From the NCBI GenBank assembly GCA_943789275.1, contig CALSTM010000003.1, forward strand, positions 90,001 through 122,000: a stretch of 32,000 nt of DNA, given 5' to 3'. Shown here one piece after another: positions 17,512 through 25,295 of the stretch. The position numbers and the translations under genes were made by a program. How positions within the stretch are numbered: the stretch's first letter is position 1; each line of letters begins with the position of its first letter. Origin of the DNA: Candidatus Poseidoniaceae archaeon. Its GTDB lineage: Archaea > Thermoplasmatota > Poseidoniia > Poseidoniales > Poseidoniaceae. The notes beneath the pieces are model-generated. The model ran no database searches. It saw only the letters and a list, made by a program, of their open reading frames with translations, and was not told where the DNA came from.

Positions 17512-17517
17512 TTTAAA
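17512..17517 (-). promoter_or_regulatory. candidate TATA box (TTTAAA) upstream of the actin-like gene
   Basis: It lies in the 113-nt gap between the protease stop and the actin-like start, ~80 nt upstream of the ATG. This would imply a ~55-nt leader carrying the SD. Confidence 0.3.
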
Positions 17518-17545
17518 CCCTCTCTTCGGAGAAATTGTAACGCTA

Positions 17546-20500
17546 TCACTCGTTTTCGCTTGTAGACTCATCCCGCTGAAGCCACTCATCATGTTCAAAT
17601 GCCGGTCGAACCGTTTCCTGAGTTTCACCCCTTCGAACATTCCACCCTAACTGGTACATCAACACAAATCCTCCAAGTAGGCCTAAAACACCCCAAAGAA
17701 GTGCTCGGTTTTGTGAAGCTGCACCTTCGTTTTGGGCATCCTGTGCATCGTCATTCGAGTCGAGCAAAGGATTGTTCCATTGGCTTGAAAAGACAGCATC
17801 ATCCCTGAGAATCAGCGTATCGAGTTTTGCCTCGGGGGAAGAGTTTCGCGACTGCACAAACAGCTCAATCTGCAGGTCAAGCCCCCGAATATCCCATACA
17901 GGGAGGTCCTTTGGTATCTCCCAAGAACACGAAAAATTACCGTTCCCAACATTGGTTTTTGTGCAACTGGTGATTGAGTAAGAGCCGCCTACACTGGAAT
18001 TATTCAAAACATGAATCGCAGCACCAGTGTTGAACAAATCACCGTCGGCATCGTGAACCATCCACTCCACCACCAATTCGTCGAACCAAACTCCACCGTC
18101 GTTTGGCGACAATGTGAAATCAACAACCGGCAAAGCATCCGTTGGCCGACAACCATCGGAATCCACTGGCCAGAAAACGGATACGACCGCAGTGATGCAA
18201 AGGTCTTGGGGGTCCAGCACTCCGTCTCCATCGGTGTCGTCAATACAACCGTCGCCGTCGGAATCGTAATCTTCGGGGTTTGTTTGCGGACACCCGTCGT
18301 TCGGGTCGTTTACAGAATCGCCATCGGTGTCATCGATACACCCGTCGAGGTCGTTGTCCCAGCCAAGTGCGTTTTGGTTTGGACATCCATCGTTCAAGTT
18401 TACAACACCATCTCCGTCTCCGTCACTCCAAGCTTTCGAATCGCGTACAACCCCTTGAATCGCTAGCGCAAAACCCATTCGACCACCATCAATACCTACG
18501 GCGTTTGCCGAGTTACCAGGGGAAACATATCTCGCCCGCACCTCAACATCAATCCACTCGATATTTTCGAGGTCATCTTCAGAGAGTGTTATGGCGATTG
18601 TGGTTTCATTTTTATTTGGAAACGTTGTTGAATTGGAGAAGTTCACAACATCAGAGAGAAAGAGGGTTGAATCCCCATCGTTTTGGTATGTCCCGGCAAT
18701 GGCTTCAGTTCCATCAGAAAGACGTACGACTAATTGCAAATCATCAACCAGATGAGGCTCAGGTGCAGCGGGCCATGCAAGCCTCACATCCAAGCGCCCC
18801 CCATCCAATTCAAACCGTTCAGTCCATACATCGCCTGTTGCTAAGAATGGGCCTTTGGCGCCGGAACCGTTCCATGGTGAGGCCAGAAGATTCTCTAAAG
18901 CCTCTTCATCTCCTTGGCGTTGTGAAAGCCATTCGCTCGGGGTAGATTGATCCAACCGATACGAATCGTGAATCCAAAGGTCGATGGCAGGGGATACGTT
19001 CCCTTGGTGGAGGGCGTTTTCCACCGAAGAAAAATCAACAAGTTCTGAGAGATTTAACTGCCCCCAACCGTCGTGGGGGTTTTGGACAGCATAACCTCCA
19101 CCCCCACCGTTCCTTTCCTCTTGGGGAAGAGGAGTAGTTGCGAGAGATAACAAAGCCCTGAGCATGGGCCCAGATGGAGTAAAACCTTCGGCCAGTTCAA
19201 GATGATTTGTGGAGTTGAGCGCCTCATCAGCCCAGACAGGGCGCAAGGATTCGACCGGGAAAGATGTACGATTTTCATGACCTGAAATCCATCCGTCTTC
19301 AATCATTTGTTGAATTAACGCGGCAGTTCCGGCAGCAGCCGGAGTAGCCATACTCGTTCCCGAAGAAGAACGCAACGCATCGTTGTAAGAGTCGGGAATC
19401 CCATCGGCCCGCGCAGACTGAATCGAAGCACCCGGCGCAAGAGCGAAGATGCCAATCGTTCCGGCTTCAGTAGGTCCAATGGATGAAGAAGGCCAAATCG
19501 CTGCGGATTGGGATTTGACCGATGCCCCGATAGCAACCACATTTCGCCCATTTGACGGTTCCAATAACTGCGCGCCGTTGTTACCTGGTGCAACAAACGT
19601 CAGCGACCAAGGCATTTCGAGAGCCCAAGCATCGAAATCAGCAGTACGAGCGGTGTATTCAGTGGTAGCATCCCCCCATGAATTGGAGTGAATGATTGCT
19701 CCATTTGTCCCAGCCTCAACAAACAAAGAATCGACATCCGGAGGAACCCAACCATCACTGGAAACGATATCTTGGAAGACGAGTTTACTTTGATATGCCA
19801 ATGCTGAGCCATTTTTTGGTTTGGAATCGGCTCGCATATCATACACATTATAGCAAGTAAGAGTGCCAGCCACATGCGTGCCGTGACGATAATCTGAGTG
19901 GCCGTTCGTATCACCAGAATCAAGTGTATGATTGACGGTCAAGATTTTACGATGCTCCACCCCAGGAGACCCAACTCCATCTGTACCGTTCGAACCAACC
20001 GCTCCTGGCGATGTCGCGTTCCGGAAGCAGGCATGGTCGTAGTCGATTCCAGAATCTGCAGCAGCAACCACGACTCCATCGCCATTGATACCGAGTTCCC
20101 ATGCGGGAGATCCCGTCGTTTTCCCGTGCTGAAGAAGAGAACCTGCGAGCACGTTTCGACCTTCTGTTGAAACGACGGGCTCGACCCATAACACACCATC
20201 GATGTTCTCAAACACAGTCGTGTGGGCAAAATTCGCCCAGTCGATAATTTCGATGTGCGGAAGAGCCTTTGAGTATTTATGAGGGTCCGATTCAATGTCG
20301 ATTCCAAACACTTGGAAAGCCTGAACAAGAGATAAAACAGCATCAGCGGGCAGGCGAGGTTCAAACACGACTTTTACGTACTCAACATGAGGCCCGAACC
20401 CCCACTTGTATTCCGTATCAGGCGCCTCCTGAGTAAGTACATCGGACAGCGAAGTGAAATCGGGTGAGCGCCATACGAGAACTTGGTTCGGACTCACCAT

Positions 20501-20677
20501 GCGTAACGGCGTATGGCCTGTTGAGGCAAGAGAATCCCATCGTTCTTGACTCCACACCCCATCCTTGAGTTCAAGAATGTATTCTGCTCCTTCTTCGTTT
20601 GAGCCGGGGACCGTAGGACTCAAGCCTTGTACGAGCGGCAGCAACATCAGCATTGTGATGAACAAAGCAGGTCGCAT
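17546..20677 (-). CDS. membrane-anchored subtilisin-like (S8) serine protease with P-domain-like region and thrombospondin type-3 Ca-binding repeats
   Basis: Signal peptide MRPALFITMLMLLPLVQGLSP from ATG 20677. Catalytic triad contexts AAADSGIDYDH, HGTHVAGT and SGTSMATPAAAGTAALI. Many N-x-S/T sequons. Repeats of the DGDGDGVVNLNDGCP / DTDGDSVNDPNDGCP / DSDGDGCIDDTDGDGVLDPQD type. C-terminal TM segment LLWGVLGLLGGFVLMYQLGW followed by a charged tail. Confidence 0.9.
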   Translation of the reverse strand: MRPALFITMLMLLPLVQGLSPTVPGSNEEGAEYILELKDGVWSQERWDSLASTGHTPLRMVSPNQVLVWRSPDFTSLSDVLTQEAPDTEYKWGFGPHVEYVKVVFEPRLPADAVLSLVQAFQVFGIDIESDPHKYSKALPHIEIIDWANFAHTTVFENIDGVLWVEPVVSTEGRNVLAGSLLQHGKTTGSPAWELGINGDGVVVAAADSGIDYDHACFRNATSPGAVGSNGTDGVGSPGVEHRKILTVNHTLDSGDTNGHSDYRHGTHVAGTLTCYNVYDMRADSKPKNGSALAYQSKLVFQDIVSSDGWVPPDVDSLFVEAGTNGAIIHSNSWGDATTEYTARTADFDAWALEMPWSLTFVAPGNNGAQLLEPSNGRNVVAIGASVKSQSAAIWPSSSIGPTEAGTIGIFALAPGASIQSARADGIPDSYNDALRSSSGTSMATPAAAGTAALIQQMIEDGWISGHENRTSFPVESLRPVWADEALNSTNHLELAEGFTPSGPMLRALLSLATTPLPQEERNGGGGGYAVQNPHDGWGQLNLSELVDFSSVENALHQGNVSPAIDLWIHDSYRLDQSTPSEWLSQRQGDEEALENLLASPWNGSGAKGPFLATGDVWTERFELDGGRLDVRLAWPAAPEPHLVDDLQLVVRLSDGTEAIAGTYQNDGDSTLFLSDVVNFSNSTTFPNKNETTIAITLSEDDLENIEWIDVEVRARYVSPGNSANAVGIDGGRMGFALAIQGVVRDSKAWSDGDGDGVVNLNDGCPNQNALGWDNDLDGCIDDTDGDSVNDPNDGCPQTNPEDYDSDGDGCIDDTDGDGVLDPQDLCITAVVSVFWPVDSDGCRPTDALPVVDFTLSPNDGGVWFDELVVEWMVHDADGDLFNTGAAIHVLNNSSVGGSYSITSCTKTNVGNGNFSCSWEIPKDLPVWDIRGLDLQIELFVQSRNSSPEAKLDTLILRDDAVFSSQWNNPLLDSNDDAQDAQNEGAASQNRALLWGVLGLLGGFVLMYQLGWNVRRGETQETVRPAFEHDEWLQRDESTSENE
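18196..18432 (-). repeat. coding repeats: thrombospondin type-3-like Asp-rich calcium-binding motifs inside the protease gene
   Basis: About 5 successive D-x-D-x-D-G-x-x-D-x-x-D / DGCP units read in the translation. Coordinates are approximate, derived from codon positions. Confidence 0.7.
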
Positions 20678-20746
20678 AGTACGGCTTGAACCGTCAAACT
20701 TTGTCAATCTCTTGGTTGAAATCTTCACATTCTTCGCGACGGCGCG

Positions 20747-20752
20747 TTTAAG
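20747..20752 (+). promoter_or_regulatory. candidate TATA box (TTTAAG) for the LX-pfdA-ftsY cluster
   Basis: Centred ~28 nt upstream of ATG 20778, which has no SD. This geometry fits a leaderless or near-leaderless mRNA. Confidence 0.3.
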
Positions 20753-20777
20753 TCGGGTTTGCGAGTCGCCCACTTTG

Positions 20778-21050
20778 ATGAAGGCCTACCGAGTTTCAGG
20801 AATTGCCCCGTTTGGCAGCGTGCGCCAAGAGTTTTCTTTGGATTTACCAGCATCTGATGCTGCAGATGCTGAACATCGAACGTATTCCATTATGGGCTCT
20901 CGACACAAGGCAAACCGCCGCTCAATCGACATCGTATCCGTTTCTGAGATTGATCCACGAACTTCTACTGAACCGCGCATTATGGATTATTTCCGTGAAG
21001 ATATTGCTGCTGCCGGTGGAGCAATTGCCTCGGATGCCGAAGAAGAGTGA
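20778..21050 (+). CDS. rplX: 50S ribosomal protein LX (L18Ae/L20A family)
   Basis: MKAYRVSGIAPFGSVRQEFSLDL...HRTYSIMGSRHKANRRSIDIVSVSEIDP matches the remembered LX pattern (F/YRV.G.....F......A......GS.H...R..I.I..V.EI.P). The position upstream of pfdA-ftsY is the conserved archaeal arrangement. The longer ORF from 20565 overlaps the protease gene and is rejected. Confidence 0.65.
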   Translation: MKAYRVSGIAPFGSVRQEFSLDLPASDAADAEHRTYSIMGSRHKANRRSIDIVSVSEIDPRTSTEPRIMDYFREDIAAAGGAIASDAEEE

Positions 21051-21098
21051 CCTTCGGGTAGTTCTTCAAGGACCACCTCTACGGACTGTGTGAGACGC

Positions 21099-21647
21099 AT
21101 GGTTGAACGTAGCGAGTTACAAAAGATGGCCCGCACAATTGATGCGCATCGAAAACAATTGGACGACCTCCATTCTCGCATTGACCAAATCACTGCGATT
21201 ATTGATGAACACGAGATCACTTCAAACATTCTTCAGAGTTTGCAACAATCGGTAGAAACCGGTCGAGCAGGCGCACGGCTGTCAATTGGTTCAGGAGTGA
21301 CGCTCCACTACACGCATGAAAGCGAGGTGGAAGGCACCGCTCTGATCGATATTGGCAGCGGCGTGTTCGGAGAAAAACCTTGGAGTGAAGCCCACGCTAT
21401 GACGATTGAACGGAAAGAAGGAATTTCCCTTCTGCACAAGGACTTGAGCGAACAGGCATCAAAGTTGGAACTTAAAATAACTCAACTTGCTCAAGAATTT
21501 AACGATGCAGCAGCATCCCTTCAGCCGGCACAAACACCCCCTCCTGCAGCCACCCCTGCCCCACCTACACCAGCACCTGAAGACAGCCCCCGCCGCTCCT
21601 CTCGTCGCGGTGGCCGATTTGGTAGCGAGCTAACATTAGATGATTGA
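21099..21647 (+). CDS. pfdA: prefoldin alpha subunit with Pro/Ala-rich and RGG-like C-terminal extension
   Basis: Two coiled-coil arms (ELQKMARTIDAHRKQLDDLHSRIDQI and LSEQASKLELKITQLAQEF) flank a beta-hairpin core (ALIDIGSGVFGEK). The tail is PAQTPPPAATPAPPTPAPEDSPRRSSRRGGRFG. A GTG at 21090 is an alternative start. Confidence 0.75.
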   Translation: MVERSELQKMARTIDAHRKQLDDLHSRIDQITAIIDEHEITSNILQSLQQSVETGRAGARLSIGSGVTLHYTHESEVEGTALIDIGSGVFGEKPWSEAHAMTIERKEGISLLHKDLSEQASKLELKITQLAQEFNDAAASLQPAQTPPPAATPAPPTPAPEDSPRRSSRRGGRFGSELTLDD

Positions 21648-21653
21648 GGGTGT

Positions 21654-23084
21654 ATGATGGGGCTTTTTGACAGATTTAGGAAGCGTGTAACTGAGGTTGC
21701 TTCCGAGGTTGATGCCGATGAACTGTCAGCCGAAGAGAATACTCAAGAAGCGAGAGACGCTCTCAATACTGCAGAACATCGAGAACAAAACCCTCGTATT
21801 CCTCTACCAGAGCCACAAACCGTCGAAGCCCCGGTAATCGAAGAAGAATGGGAAGACCTCGATGATATTCCCCAAGCAGTTGAGGCGGCACCCCAAGATG
21901 ACGAATGGGATGATTTTGATGAAGATGAAGAAATCACACTCCCAGTAGAACTTTCTCGCCAAGAAAAGAAGCGACTTGAGAAAAATCATCGAGCCAATGA
22001 AAAACGCCTTGCGAAAGAACGTAAAAATATGAAAAAACGAGGCGCTGTAGAATTGGCCCGACCGAAAGGCTCCAATGTTGACCTTTCCGTCATGAGAACG
22101 ACAACAGGCCGCCAACTTGTCAGTGTTCAAAGTGCGCCGAAAGGTTCGGTCAGTGAAGCGGAAATTGAAACCGAAGCAGGAACGAAAGTCAAGGTTGAAC
22201 TTGGTGGCGGCGTCGTTTCAGAAGGTGGCCGAGTCATCAAGGCTGGCGGCGCTCTTGACAACCTCATTGAGGAATTGGAGTGGGTGTTGCTTGAATCAGA
22301 CATTTCCAGCGACGCTGTAACAGCTGTTACTCAAGCGCTTCGCGACAACCTTGTTGGTGCTCGCTTAAGAAAAGGGGCCGACCTTGCTAAAGTTCTCGAG
22401 GCCGCCCTCAAAAGAGCACTGCGCAACATTCTCTCGGCGGGGTATTGGGACTTTGATGCCAGTGTCAAATCGTTCATTGAGGCAGGAGATACGCCTGTTG
22501 TGGTTATGCTGGTTGGTGTGAACGGCACTGGAAAAACAACGACAGCGGCTAAAATTGCTCAACGGCTTCTCGATCAAAACATCTCAGTCGTAGCCGCTGC
22601 AGGCGATACGTTCAGAGCCGGCGCAATCCAACAATTGGAAAGCCATTGTGAGAACCTTGGTATTCGCTGTATTTCGAGTCAAAGAGGCGGGGATACAGCC
22701 GCAATTGCCCGCGACGCAATCGAATCAGCACGAGCCAAGAACATCGATGTTGTCCTCGTAGATACTGCAGGACGCATGCAAAATAAAGTCAATTTGATGA
22801 ACGAACTCAATAAAGTCCGCCGCGTGGCAAATCCACATTTGACGCTTTTCGTTGGCGACTCACTTGCTGGTAACGATGCTGTTGAACAAGCAAGAATGTT
22901 CCAAGAAATCATGAAGTTCGATGGTGCTGTTCTGACCAAGGTAGATACGGATGCTAAGGGTGGAGCAGGGCTCTCAATTGCCTTTTCAACCGGCCGCCCG
23001 ATTGTATTTGCGGGGGTTGGCCAAGGCTACCACGATTTGAAACAGTTCGACCCTGATTGGCTGCTTGAACAAATGTTCGATTGA
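21654..23084 (+). CDS. ftsY: signal recognition particle receptor FtsY with long charged N-terminal A-domain
   Basis: NG domain motifs VGVNGTGKTTTAAKIA, DTAGR, LTKVDTDAKGG. About 170 aa of acidic then basic N-terminal sequence (EEWEDLDD...DEWDDFDEDEE...KKRLEKNHRANEKRLAKERKNMKKRG). GAGGGTG SD upstream. Confidence 0.9.
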   Translation: MMGLFDRFRKRVTEVASEVDADELSAEENTQEARDALNTAEHREQNPRIPLPEPQTVEAPVIEEEWEDLDDIPQAVEAAPQDDEWDDFDEDEEITLPVELSRQEKKRLEKNHRANEKRLAKERKNMKKRGAVELARPKGSNVDLSVMRTTTGRQLVSVQSAPKGSVSEAEIETEAGTKVKVELGGGVVSEGGRVIKAGGALDNLIEELEWVLLESDISSDAVTAVTQALRDNLVGARLRKGADLAKVLEAALKRALRNILSAGYWDFDASVKSFIEAGDTPVVVMLVGVNGTGKTTTAAKIAQRLLDQNISVVAAAGDTFRAGAIQQLESHCENLGIRCISSQRGGDTAAIARDAIESARAKNIDVVLVDTAGRMQNKVNLMNELNKVRRVANPHLTLFVGDSLAGNDAVEQARMFQEIMKFDGAVLTKVDTDAKGGAGLSIAFSTGRPIVFAGVGQGYHDLKQFDPDWLLEQMFD

Positions 23085-23127
23085 ATCGAAGCGATGAGGA
23101 CTTAGACCCCGACCTGCTGCCAAAGAC

Positions 23128-23505
23128 ATGGCGGGCACTTTCAAAGATGAAGAAACGGAGCAGTTTTTTCAATTGATTCACATGTTTCAGCGTTCATCTC
23201 TTTTACACATGGGACTTTTACCAGACCAAGAAGGAAACATGATGTTCAACCTTGGCGAAGCCAAAGCAGGTATCGATTTGCTTCGAATGCTCCAAGGCAA
23301 GACCAAAGGAAACCTCACCGACCATGAAGAGCGGATGTTGAAGGGAATTGTGAGTGAACTGCAACTTCAATTTCTCAAAGCACCAACTCGACGCAGACAG
23401 GCGGAGAGTGACGCCGCCCAATCAGAGATTATACGCGAAGCCTTCACAAATCCTCAATCAGGGCCAGTTGAAGACCTAACTTCCCCGGAAGATAGCGAAG
23501 AATGA
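23128..23505 (+). CDS. DUF1844-like small protein
   Basis: 125 aa. FFQLIHMFQRSSLLHMGLLP...NLGEAKAGIDLLRMLQGKTKGNLTDHEERMLKGIVSELQLQF resembles the DUF1844 consensus (..IDLL.ML.EKTKGNL..EE...L). The family call is from memory. Confidence 0.55.
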   Translation: MAGTFKDEETEQFFQLIHMFQRSSLLHMGLLPDQEGNMMFNLGEAKAGIDLLRMLQGKTKGNLTDHEERMLKGIVSELQLQFLKAPTRRRQAESDAAQSEIIREAFTNPQSGPVEDLTSPEDSEE

Positions 23506-23526
23506 CCTCATCCGTGCGGTTATTTG

Positions 23527-24237
23527 ATGTGCAATGGCTCCTTCAGCGAACTGATTCACATGGCTTATGTCACGGAGACTGCGGAAGAAACGGCCCCAAC
23601 CGTTCTTCTTGTAGACAACAACCCGATGTCGCTTATGCGTCTTCGTGAAGTGTTCAAAATTCGAGATTTCAATATCGAGGAATGCCAGGACGGCGACCAA
23701 GCCGTTGATGAATACATTCGCCTTGACCCGGAACTTGTTGTGATCGCCCTGGATATTCCCTCACTCGACGGCCACCTCGCTGCATTGGAAATGCGTGAAC
23801 ACGGCGGAGAAAGTCGAATTGTGTTTATTGCCTCAAGGCGAAACGCTCAGTTGGCTGAAGACGCAAGTCATTCAGCAGGCGCAGTTGCTTGGCTGGAGAA
23901 GCCAGTCTCTTCAACGGCAGTTGGCGAACTTTGGGACCAAATTCTCGGCCCGATTCCGGATGCGCCAGGTCTTGAAGATCTCGACCAATTGTACCCTGAA
24001 GACCGGATCAAACCGGAACCAGATGTAGGGCTTATGCCTCTCCCTGCACTACCGGGTATGCCTGAATTACCTCTTTTGAGTGCAGGTATTGAACCCCTTC
24101 CCGAACTTATTGTAGCCCAAATAGAACCGGAAAAAAAACCGAAACGGCGAGTATTCAAACTCCTTCTCCTCCTCTCCTTGGCTGGTGCAGCAGGGTACGG
24201 CGCTTACGCAATGGGCTATCTTAGTGACTACATTTGA
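23527..24237 (+). CDS. stand-alone response-regulator receiver domain with Pro-rich linker and C-terminal transmembrane anchor
   Basis: Receiver landmarks are VLLVDNN, the phospho-acceptor context VVIALDIPSLDG, VFIASR and WLEKPV. The linker is PEPDVGLMPLPALPGMPELPLL. The C-terminus is KKPKRRVFKLLLLLSLAGAAGYGAYAMGYL. ATG 23560 is an alternative start. Confidence 0.75.
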   Translation: MCNGSFSELIHMAYVTETAEETAPTVLLVDNNPMSLMRLREVFKIRDFNIEECQDGDQAVDEYIRLDPELVVIALDIPSLDGHLAALEMREHGGESRIVFIASRRNAQLAEDASHSAGAVAWLEKPVSSTAVGELWDQILGPIPDAPGLEDLDQLYPEDRIKPEPDVGLMPLPALPGMPELPLLSAGIEPLPELIVAQIEPEKKPKRRVFKLLLLLSLAGAAGYGAYAMGYLSDYI

Positions 24238-24464
24238 GGGCCATTTTCCGGCGCCATGACGACCTGTGCGTTATGCGTGATTCGAGTTCCCGCAGGTACA
24301 GCATTCATCTGTGTCACAATAAAACCGTCTTCATCAAGGAGCGAACTGTCGTTTTGAGCAAGGCGTAAATCCAACATTTTTGCTTTTTTACCAGCGCGCC
24401 AAAGTATCCAAATCGGAACTGCGGATGAGCCGAGGGCGAGAAACCACAAGACGACATCCATCAT
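24228..24464 (-). CDS. small membrane protein (hypothetical), translationally coupled to pyrF
   Basis: 78 aa with one N-terminal TM segment (VVLWFLALGSSAVPIWILW). A GAGGT SD overlaps the pyrF stop (cTGAGGTttcATGATG). The start lies 6 nt after pyrF. Confidence 0.5.
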   Translation of the reverse strand: MMDVVLWFLALGSSAVPIWILWRAGKKAKMLDLRLAQNDSSLLDEDGFIVTQMNAVPAGTRITHNAQVVMAPENGPQM

Positions 24465-24470
24465 GAAACC

Positions 24471-25277
24471 TCAGTTGTTTCGTTCGATTAAGGCGTTCCA
24501 TGAGGCTTCAGCATATGCTTCAGCTTGCTGCGCCGGATTCTCCGCTTTGTGAATCCCAGAGCCAACGATGATGCAATCAGAACCGGCCAATACCGCTTCT
24601 CTGGGGTCGCCGTATCGCTGACCCATCTCGCCGTCACCGACGGCCAAATTCACACCAGGTGTCCAAATTAATTTCCCTTCACCGACCGCATTGCGGAGCA
24701 GTGCAAGTTCTTCCGGTCGAGAACCGTTGCCAATGAATCCAAACACACCATCATGGGCTTTTCCTTTGGCCACAACTTGGGACGTGTATTCTGGATTCAG
24801 GAGATTCCCTCTACTGGACATTTGCGCGAGCAGTAAAACCCCCCCGCTCCGACCAACATCCGACCAACCGGCTTGCAACCCATCGACGATATCTGGGCCT
24901 GAGATTAAGTGCGCAGTAACTAGATCAGACCATGCTCTGATGTTGTAGACCCCCGCCATTTGCTTTTGACTGATGCCTCCAATATCGGCAAATTTCCGGT
25001 CTTCGAAAATCAACAAATCAGCAGCCTGTGCGGCTTCACAAAAGCGCCCCCAACTCTCTGCGGTCCAATCGTCGACCAAGTCAACATGTGTTTTCAATGC
25101 AGCAATATACGGCCCAACGGTTTCAATCAAATCAAACAGTCCAGCCATTGTATTCCGGTCTGCTGCGAGGCAAACAAGCGTCTGTTTGCGGCAAGCCACT
25201 TCCATGTATTTTCGCGCCATAAGTAATGAGTTTTCACTCCAACGACGGCCCCATGCCAGTTCAGCCTGCATGAACAT
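24471..25277 (-). CDS. pyrF: orotidine 5'-phosphate decarboxylase (URA3/eukaryote-like subfamily)
   Basis: LVCLAADR, ALKTHVDLV and IFEDRKFADIGG (the URA3-type motif, not the bacterial DLKFHDIP or methanogen DFKVADIP form). C-terminal IIVGSGI. Confidence 0.85.
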   Translation of the reverse strand: MFMQAELAWGRRWSENSLLMARKYMEVACRKQTLVCLAADRNTMAGLFDLIETVGPYIAALKTHVDLVDDWTAESWGRFCEAAQAADLLIFEDRKFADIGGISQKQMAGVYNIRAWSDLVTAHLISGPDIVDGLQAGWSDVGRSGGVLLLAQMSSRGNLLNPEYTSQVVAKGKAHDGVFGFIGNGSRPEELALLRNAVGEGKLIWTPGVNLAVGDGEMGQRYGDPREAVLAGSDCIIVGSGIHKAENPAQQAEAYAEASWNALIERNN

Positions 25278-25295
25278 TCCAACGCGTCGCGCCCC

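Noticed and set aside
18196-18432. A periodic nucleotide pattern that could be mistaken for a tandem repeat or CRISPR-like array.
   Set aside because: It is in frame within the protease gene and encodes degenerate TSP3 Asp-rich repeats. There is no repeat-spacer structure.
18280-18945. Long antisense or alternative-frame ORFs inside real genes. Examples are 18280..18945 (221 aa), 26453..27130 (225 aa), 1800..2273, 2586..3068, 19939..20364 and 11577..11951.
   Set aside because: Their products are low-complexity, Arg/Ser/Pro/Cys-rich translations with no motifs. Each is fully nested in a well-supported CDS on the other strand or frame, so they are shadow ORFs.
15068-20677. The possibility that the MamK-like gene marks a magnetosome island.
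   Set aside because: No MamA, B, E, I, L, M, O, P or Q-like genes (CDF transporter, PDZ-protease with magnetochrome, TPR protein) are present. The flanking genes are a subtilase and a generic coiled-coil protein.
20565-20777. The 5' extension of the LX ORF (start 20565), and the competing 96-aa ORF 20803..21093.
   Set aside because: The extension overlaps the signal-peptide region of the protease gene on the opposite strand and has no LX similarity. The competing frame has no recognisable family pattern, whereas the 20778 frame matches LX.
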